Positions 54,854 to 64,000 of a stretch of 64,000 nucleotides of DNA are shown piece by piece. Position 1 is the stretch's first letter. The number at the start of each line of letters is the position of its first letter. Location: NCBI GenBank assembly GCA_002104945.1, contig MCFH01000081.1, forward strand, positions 124,001 to 188,000, read 5' to 3'. A program made the translations under genes and the position numbers. The DNA comes from Piromyces finnis finn. Its lineage: Eukaryota > Fungi > Neocallimastigomycota. The notes beneath the pieces were generated by a model. The model had not been told where the DNA came from. It saw only the letters and a program-made list of their open reading frames with translations, and ran no database searches.

Positions 54854-55205
54854 ATATTGCATTAAAAACTCATTATTCAAATGGAATATTTAATGGAATA
54901 TTTATATATATATAATATTTTATGTAATTATAAAATTTAGTATCGTAGTTTTGGAGGAAGTAAAAGTAGAAATGTTAATGAACAATTTATTGAATTATTT
55001 GATACAGATTTAATTTCATTGCCAAAGAATTTACCAACATGGTTTACAGAACAACAAAAAATGATGGTACATACAAGCATAACATTTATAAATATAATAA
55101 AATAAATATTATTATAAATATTAATAATTTAATATTCTTTTTATTAACCTTTAGATTGAAGAAGAAAAAATCCAATTAAATAAACAGAAAAAGACATCTA
55201 TCTAA
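54016..55205 (+). CDS. OCA4-like member of the Siw14/OCA atypical phosphatase family (probable pseudophosphatase), 5 exons
   Basis: MLVPPELFGLVEKDIYRS...FPFIKTLNL; the active-site loop reads CTSGIHETG (Arg of CX5R absent); GCFRKLQKWNFNSILFEYRSF; EQFIELFD. Confidence 0.88.
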
Positions 55206-55852
55206 AACGTATTTTTGTCTAGTCTTAAAAAGAAAGGGAATTTTCCATTACATATCAGTAATTTAATATTTAACCATTAATATCAATTATAAATATTTTA
55301 TACCAGATAATATATACGAAGAGGGCATGATAAATGAAATAATAATTGAGAAAAGAAATACCAAGAATAATACCAATAACAGTTTATAACATACTTTTTT
55401 TTAATCAAGTTATATTTTAACCATTATCATAAAACGTTATACAAAATTCAAATATCCATATTTTTTTTTTATTTTCATGGTCAACTTATTTAAAAATTAA
55501 GGATTTTATATTTTATATCTATATAAATAGCTTAAAAAATAATGAATATAAATAAATATAAATATTATGATAAAAGTGATATACAATTCATATAATTTTT
55601 TGTTATAGTGTAAAATCTACTTTCAACTACAAATCTACAAATAATTAAAAGTAGAATAAAAATATTTTCCTTATTGTATTAATAAAGTAATTCAAACAGT
55701 AGTAATTTTTAAACCAATGAATTTTTAATAAATAACCTTTTCATTACATCTCTATTTTTATAATTAAAAACTTAAAATTATATTTAATAATGTCTCTCTA
55801 ATATTTATTATAAATAATAAAAATAAACCGAAAAACTTTAAAAGCAAAAACA

Positions 55853-55889
<37 letters not shown>

Positions 55890-58800
55890 TAATAGAAATA
55901 AATATAATATTCTTATTTTTTTTATAGAAAAAAAAAAAAAAGATGCTTATTATTCAAACTTTTAATATATAAAAACCAAAGAATTTATTATGAATGACAC
56001 ATTTTAATTACAATTATCAATTGTTAAATTTTAATTACATTTTTAAAAAAATCATGTATACAAAATTATTAGTAACAATATAAAAATGTAAACATTCCAC
56101 AAATGTTTGAAAATGTTTATTTAATATTATAATATATTATAATATTTATTTTTTAGTGGCTAATTTTGATAGAGTTAATACTTTGATAAAATATGATAAA
56201 ATACAGACATACCATGAAAAAGAATTTTTTCAACTCTAGTTAAATAATTAATAATAGGAAAAATTGAATTAAAACATAAAGAATGAAATGCTATATTTTT
56301 ATCTTTGTTAATGCTTAATAAAAAAGAATATTGATAGTATGTTTATAGAATTATAATTACTTATTTGAATGATTTTTATTTAACTTTTGAATACAATTTA
56401 AGAAAAAAAAGATTTTTTTATTTGAAATAAAATTTTACAATTGAATTAACGTATTTATAATTAATTTATTTTTATATTTAGCATTATATTACACATTATA
56501 TTACCACATATAATATATAATACTCCATAGAAAAAATGGAAATTATTTCCGTTTTTGAATATAACCTCAATATTCTAATTTTATTATTATTACTATATAT
56601 AAATCTAAAATATAATTATTGTAATTATTTTAATTTCTATAAAATATTTTTTTTCCGCATCATTAATCATAAGAATATAGTTTCATAAAATAAGAAGGAT
56701 CTAAATAAAAAGTTCAATATAAATTATTTTACTTCTACTACTATTTAAGTATAAATCATTATTTATACAATAAATGAAAAAAGTTAATAATATTAAACAT
56801 AGTATTAACAATAATAATAAAATAAAGAAAAGTATTGGAAAAACTGTTTAAATATAAAAAATGGGTGAAATTGAAGTCATGTAATTACCATTAATCAATT
56901 GTAATAAAATGAAAATAGGTATTATTAACTTTAATATAACTTATTATATATGAATTTAATTTAATAAATTAAAATATATATTAGAAATTCAAAATTTAAT
57001 TAAAGATATATTAAAAATATTAAAATCCGAAATAAAATAGTTAAATTTTACATCCATAAATGTATTAGATCTTTTTTAATATAACATTATTAAAAAATCG
57101 GAAAAACAATAAAATAATAATTAAATATTAATTTTTCTTAGTAGGAAATAAACTTTATCGGAAGAACAAATACCATAGAAAAAAAAAATCAATAAGGAAC
57201 AAAATTTTTAAACAGTAAATTTAAGAATTTTAATTATTAACTAATCATAAATATATAATCCTTCTTTCTTCCTCATTTTACATTTAACTTTTTATTCTTA
57301 CTTAATATATACATCATAATAATATTATCTTTATTTTCCTTTATCTAGTGTGTAACAATCAATATGAATAGAAATTAACATAGAATTTATTTATAATTTA
57401 TTTAAAAAATAGCATATGATATTTGGTGTTATCATGTGAGATTTTTAAATAATTTATTATCTTTTATATATATGAATAGTAAAACAAATAAAATTTAATT
57501 GAATAAAAACAAATAAACAATAGAAATTAATCTTTGGTTATTTCATACTATGATAATTTTTTTAATATATTAATTCTATTCATAATAAAATTAAAGTTTA
57601 ATGATAAACTTTAATACATAAAATTTAAAATTTTATCCTATTTTAATTTAATATTAAAACCTTGTTTAAAAAAAATTTTTTTTTTTTTCAATTCCATAAT
57701 TATGATAGAACTTTTTATTTGTTAAAAAAAAAAAGTCAATCATTTTATTCATTCTTTCTGACTTAAACTTTGATTCGGGGGAGGGGGGTTGCCATTTTAT
57801 TTTCCATATATTAACATTGATTTAATTTATTTAATAAAAAAATAAAGTTTTACAATAAAGTATATAATAAAAGTAATTTCCTTATTTTTTCTTTTTTCTT
57901 TTTTTTTTCACATTCTTTTAAGAATTCATATTTTTAAAACTTTATAAGATTTCGATATAATATAATATATTATATTATATTTAAAGAGCGTTTGATATTA
58001 TTGTACTTTGTCACTGACTTTAATGAATATATATTATATATTCATTAAATAAGGATTAATAAATAAAAAAAAAAGAGAGTAACTCCAATGAAAATTAAAA
58101 TTTTATGTTAGTATATAATACTTAAAAATCAAGTAAGTATGTATTATATATATAATGTAATAGTTATTATATATTTTTATAAATATTATTATTCCACAAA
58201 TAAATTTACTATAATCAATACAATTAACTTTATATTAAAATTAAAATTCATATAAAGAAATGTAATTTAATTCAATTATATACAACTTATTTAAAAAATT
58301 ATTTAAAAAAGAAACTACATTTAGTGGTAGAAATGATAAAAAAAATAATATTCACATTTAAATAAATAGTCAAAAAAAAAAGTATATCAATAATGATAAT
58401 AAAATCTAAAATTATTAAAGAATAGTAATAATTTATAGGTTTTTTTTTATTATTATTACTATGTGAAAAATAACAAAGATAAAAATTAAAATAATAATAA
58501 TAATATAATTAATTTATAGTAAAATATAATTAAATATACTTTTCCAAATTCTTAATTAAAAAAAAAAAAGAAAAAGAATATATTAATATTATTAAAAAAA
58601 ATGAATATTAAGGTTACATTAAACATGGATACTTTAATAAAAAAAAGTTATTTTCTAGCTATATATTCTCCCAAACTTTTAATTAATAGAAATAGAATAT
58701 GTTATTATTATTATGTGAGGAATTATTAAAAAATTAAATATTAGAGTTATATTAATAAAGAAAAAAATTTATTTTATAGCATATAATAAAATAATTAATT

Positions 58801-60874
58801 TTCTATGGTGTAATAAATTAAAATGAGCTTATGTTTAAGGCTAAGTAACGTGTTAAATTTATATATCTTTAATAATAATTTAGAGAACAAAGTTTATAAA
58901 ATATAATTAAAAAAAAGATGAAATTAAAATATAGATCATATTCTTATCAATAAAGTATATAATAATTAAGATTTTTATTATATACTTAACAAATGCCACT
59001 ATTAAATATATCATTGAAATTATATAATTCTCTTTTAATTTAATAAACTTTTTATATGTAAATATAAAAAAAAATTTGTATTTTTATATATTAAGATTAT
59101 TATTTATTAATAATATATATAATTCATTAGTAAGTTAAAATTTTTTAAGGCTTAAATTATTATTGGTTATCAAAAATTGAATGTTTTTTATAAAGAACCA
59201 TTCATATTTAAAGTAAATTTAATTTATTAGAATATAAACAAATATATTAATTCTATCTTAATATATTCAGTCACCATGGTAATATTAAAAATCAATATTT
59301 TATTTTTATATGTAATTCTAAGGTGATAAAGAAATGTATAGAAAAAAAGAGGTACCGCGCCTAACTTTTGAATTGTTTATTATTATAAATATATTAAAGC
59401 AAAAAGAAAGTTGCTTTAATGCTATGATAAATTGATGTTATCAGTCATTCCTTTTTTTCTTTAATTATTAATTATATTAGGTTAAAAAAAAAAACTATGA
59501 TTCAAAATATAATATGACTATTTAAAATGATATGAATATATTATAGTTTATTAAATATTATTTAGTAAATTTAGGTTATATTATTTGACTATACTATTTT
59601 TACCTTGTTTGTTATAATATATAAACTCTAATGATTAAAATATTAATTTAAATTTTGATAATTTTTATTAATCCTACCAATATTGATTTTTTACAATATT
59701 GGATATTATGAGATATTATGAGGGAATTGTATAAAATAAAAAAAAAATTTTTTTAGTTATTTTTTTATATCAATAATTATTTTTCATCTTTTTTTTTTTT
59801 TTAATTTTATTTTAAATATAATCAATCTAAAAGATCGATTCTGACTTTTTATTTATTTATTTTTTGTAAGTAAATTTAAAATTGTACATTGTTGAAAAAT
59901 AATATGACTATGTGATTATAAGAGAAAATTAAAAGAAATGTAATTATTAGGAATTGATTATAATTTAATTCTTATAATATTAAAAAGAATAATAAAATAA
60001 AAATTGAAATCAGTTTAAATATTAGAAAATGAGAGTATAGGAAATCACTAAATTTTTTATAACATAATAAATTGATTAAAGAAAAGCTAAAATTAGCATC
60101 AATAGAGATTGTTCACTTTTTCAATCCCAATCGACATATTATATTATTAAAGTCAATAAAAAACAAGTTATTTATATTAGCCTCCCCAAAAAACAAAAAA
60201 AAAAAATAGAAGATAGGTACTAATAAAAATAGATGTTACATACGTTAGTGTATACAGAAAATGCATTGTAATAAAATGTACTAAGCAATTAATTTATTAA
60301 AGGATAAAAACAAATTTATAAGATTATAAAATAAAAGGCTGGTATACAATTACCATATATTAAATATAATAAACCATATATAAATAATAAATACAACCAT
60401 AGAATTTATATAAAAAACAAAAAATAAAAAGAATTTTAAAGTTAATATATTATAAAATCTTCTTGAAATTAAAATAATCTTATATATTAAATCAGAATAA
60501 ATATAAATATAAATGAATAATAATTTTTTTTAAAATTAATATATTACAAAATACAAATAATTAATATATTTAATAATTAACTTTAAAAATCTAAAAATTT
60601 AAATATTTCCTTACCATTATTACATAATATATTATAATATACGATACCAATATAATAGAATTGAAATTGATTTTTTATTTAGAATTTTTCTATTTATAAT
60701 TATATTAAATTTTTTATAGTAAAAAAAAATTAGTTATCTTTTAAAAAAAAAACCTTTTTTCCTTATAATGTACATTTTAGATAAATTTAATAAATTATGT
60801 TGAATGTTTTATTCATTAATAAATTTTAAAAATTTTGATTTTTATTCATAGAAATGTAATAAAATAAATAAAAA

Positions 60875-63800
60875 ATGTCAAAGAATATAGATTATCAACC
60901 TAACTATTACAATAATAACGAAAAGTTTATATATAAAGAACAATTAAATAATCAGAACTACTCTTTAAATAAAGATAAAGAATATAATAGTAATTATACA
61001 GTATCCATTAATCAAACTCAGCAATCACAAATTCAATCACAATCTCAACAGCAACAGCAACAACCAAAATCTCAATTACAAAATCAATCATCACAACAAC
61101 TTTCACAACCTCCACCTTCTAAACAACAAAGTTTACCAAATATTAATAAAATGTTAAATTATGAGCCAGATTTTCATGAAGAAAATGATAATTTGAATAA
61201 ACAGAAATTACTTAAACCCTATTATAAAATGCCTCCTTCCATACCCTATCCCATGAAAAATAAAAATTATATTCCAAGCAATGCCAGTATGAATAACAGT
61301 AATAATATGAATGTTTTAATTAATAAATTATAATTTTAAATTAAATAAAAAAAATACTAAGATAATTTATTAATTATTTACAATACACAATATATCGATG
61401 TATATTTATTTAAAACATCTTTTAAAAAGTAACTAACAAATTATTAAATTATTTTTAAATATATATAGTATTTACATATTTAATAATTAAATTATTAAAT
61501 ATAAAGTTAAAATAATTGATATTTGAAAAATAGAGTTATTAATTTTTTTTTCTATAATCTTTAAAATATATTATTGAATAATAAATTCAATGTATAATAT
61601 TAATAGTGAAGATTATCATTTAATTATAAGACAACAACCCGCCTTTGCCAGATGCTCGAATTTTAATGATAAAGGTAATAAACATTTTTAAAATTAATTA
61701 CTTTGGAGAATTATTAAATTTATATTCTTTTTTAAATTATTTTTTTTTAATAGAAAGAAGACCTATTGATCCACCTCCTATTAGTAAATATCAAAAAATT
61801 AAATATATAAAATTACATCAAAATATTCTTTTTAGATAAAATAAAGATTTTTGTTTGATTTATTATTAAAATTTATTAATATATATTAATAGTACAATTA
61901 ATCTTTGATAATGAATATATGGATGATAATAACACAAAGTAAGTATATAAGCCACATTATTTCATTTAAAGGAAAAATTATTAAAAAAACAATACTTTAA
62001 AAACATTACATTTCTATTTATGTGAATGAAATTTACTATTCATTTGTTTTTAAATAAAGATTATAACGTATTTTTTTTTATATTATATTAGTAAAACACT
62101 ATTACACACACCATTTTTCTTTATGAGTGCAAATCTAGTAAGAGCATCGGATAGTTCACAAAATGAAGAAGAAAACAATAATCCAAAATCATTAGAAATT
62201 ATTGATGATAATGGAAAACTTGTAAAAACTACAAATGGTTTAACTGTTGCATCTTTAACAAGAATGAAAGATTTTGATGGCAGTTACGGCGCATTCTTCA
62301 TTTTCCATGTAATATATTTTTGTATTATTAAGTTAATTTCATAATTTATTCTTGTTTGATATATGTGTTATATATTAAATTATTTATGTTATTCCTTATG
62401 TATAAATAGGATATGTCTGTGTGTGAGGAAGGAACCTATAGATTGAAATTTTCACTTTATGAAATTAACGGGTAAGAAACAACAACAACAACAAAAAAAA
62501 AAAGATATTTATTAGTAGAAATAATTACATAAAAATAAATATATATATAAATTGGGGAATTTATAAAAAAGAATAAATTGTATTATTATTTTCAATAAAT
62601 ATAAATTATTGTATAAACCAAATTCTAATGACCTTTTTTTTTCATCTGATTTATAATTTAGAAGTGGAAAAAGATTATTATTTAGAAAATCTATTTTGTC
62701 CGAAAATTTCAAGGTATTATCAGCTAGAGAATTTCCGGGAATGAGAGGTACAATGATAAATAATAATTATTAGATTTTTTTTTTTTTTTTTTTGAAATTA
62801 TTTTTTATAAAAAGTATAGAGTTTTTGGTTCTTAAATTTAAACTAAATTAATAACATATATTTATCTTCTTGAATTAAAATTAATATTATTAATAATTTA
62901 TAAATACCTAATATTAATAATTATAATTCATTTATTATGAATTATGACATATCATCGGAACCTATTTAAAATTAAAATTCATTATTTAAATTAATCAAAA
63001 GAATCATCACCATTAGTAAAGCTTTTTGCAGAACAAGGTTTAAAAATTAGAATACGTAAGGATAAATCAATAGGAAAACACCCATCAAAAAGAATATTTG
63101 TTGATTTACCGGGATATGATTATTATGAAAAAAAGAAAACTACATATATATATGTAGGAAAATATCCGAGATATGGATTTAAAGAACCAGAAAGAAACAA
63201 TTCAAAGAATGAATTCTATTATGAAAATGAAAATAAGAGAGTTTTAAATCATAATCATGAAAATTACATAGAAGAGCCGAATTTTCAAAATACACAAGAT
63301 AGAATGCATAATAAATATATGATAAAAAAAGAAGGTTATTATGATGAAAGTGATTACTATAATAGAGAAATGAGAGGCCCAATGAATGAAAATTATCGTG
63401 TTATAAATGAAAATAATATGATAGAAAATAGAGATAAAATGAATATGAAAAATTATCTTAACAATGAAGAAATGGGATTAACTCGTTATGATAATAACTA
63501 TAGAATAATGCCACCTGGTAATAGAAGTAATATGAATGAATCAGACATGAATAAAAAAGGTAATCTTTCCTATTTTGAAAAATCTCAATTTTCCTATTAT
63601 TCGGAGGGTAAAAAGAAAATATCTAATCAATATATGAATAATCCCCCTCCCCCATATCCAAATGACCGTCGTGATGAATATAAACCAAATAGTTATAATA
63701 ACATAATACCTTCAAGACCATATCCTAACCCTCCAATGGATCATTATATGAATAATTTTAACGATAAAAATGTATATGATGATCATAGAAGTAGATATGG

Positions 63801-64000
63801 CTACGGCTACAACAATGAACATAAGGATGGTAATGAGCCAAATATGAATCATCCTCATCCTCCCACTTCAAATATGAATAGAAATGAATTTTACCAACGT
63901 ATGCAAGGAGGAAGAAATGAAAATAATGAAGATTATGAAAGATATAGATATGAAGATGACGTACGTCATATGCCTAATCCATTGTATGATAATAAGCCTG
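60875..64000 (+). CDS. Velvet-domain transcription regulator (VosA/VeA/VelC-type), 3'-truncated by the window edge
   Basis: Spliced LIIRQQPAFARCS...RRPIDPPPI...GAFFIFH|DMSVCEEGTYRLKFSL...FKVLSAREFPGMR|ESSPLVKLFAEQGLKIRIRK, followed by an open N/Y/P-rich tail to the window end. The link to the Gln-rich first exon is inferred. Confidence 0.9.

Overview
Very AT-rich, intron-rich eukaryotic DNA with short GT-AG introns, poly-A/T runs and (AAT)n microsatellites. The standard genetic code fits. A velvet-domain gene indicates a fungus and a ZMYND12 gene indicates flagella, so the source is most likely an anaerobic gut fungus (Neocallimastigomycota; inference). About 21 protein-coding loci were rebuilt by hand across introns: an ASH1/SET2-type methyltransferase, a tetraspanin, SEC17, an FNBP4-like WW protein, a C9orf85 homolog, an intronless IAP-type RING protein, a MINPP1-type phosphatase, an orphan repeat/poly-His protein, LSM2, ZMYND12, an uncharacterised multi-exon gene, a RING-TRAF-coiled coil-SPRY protein, TFIP11, a 7TM-RGS, three tandem intronless Hsp70s, a small orphan, an LRR-less Flightless-I-like gelsolin protein, an OCA4-like pseudophosphatase and a velvet protein. 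The most striking feature is the Hsp70 array (35990-43090). All three copies keep the main ATPase residues but lack the J-protein contact Arg, the hydrophobic linker and the EEVD tail. They also have divergent substrate-binding loops and are mosaics of one another. I found no rRNA, tRNA, CRISPR array or recognisable transposon. Splice models are hand-made and untested.
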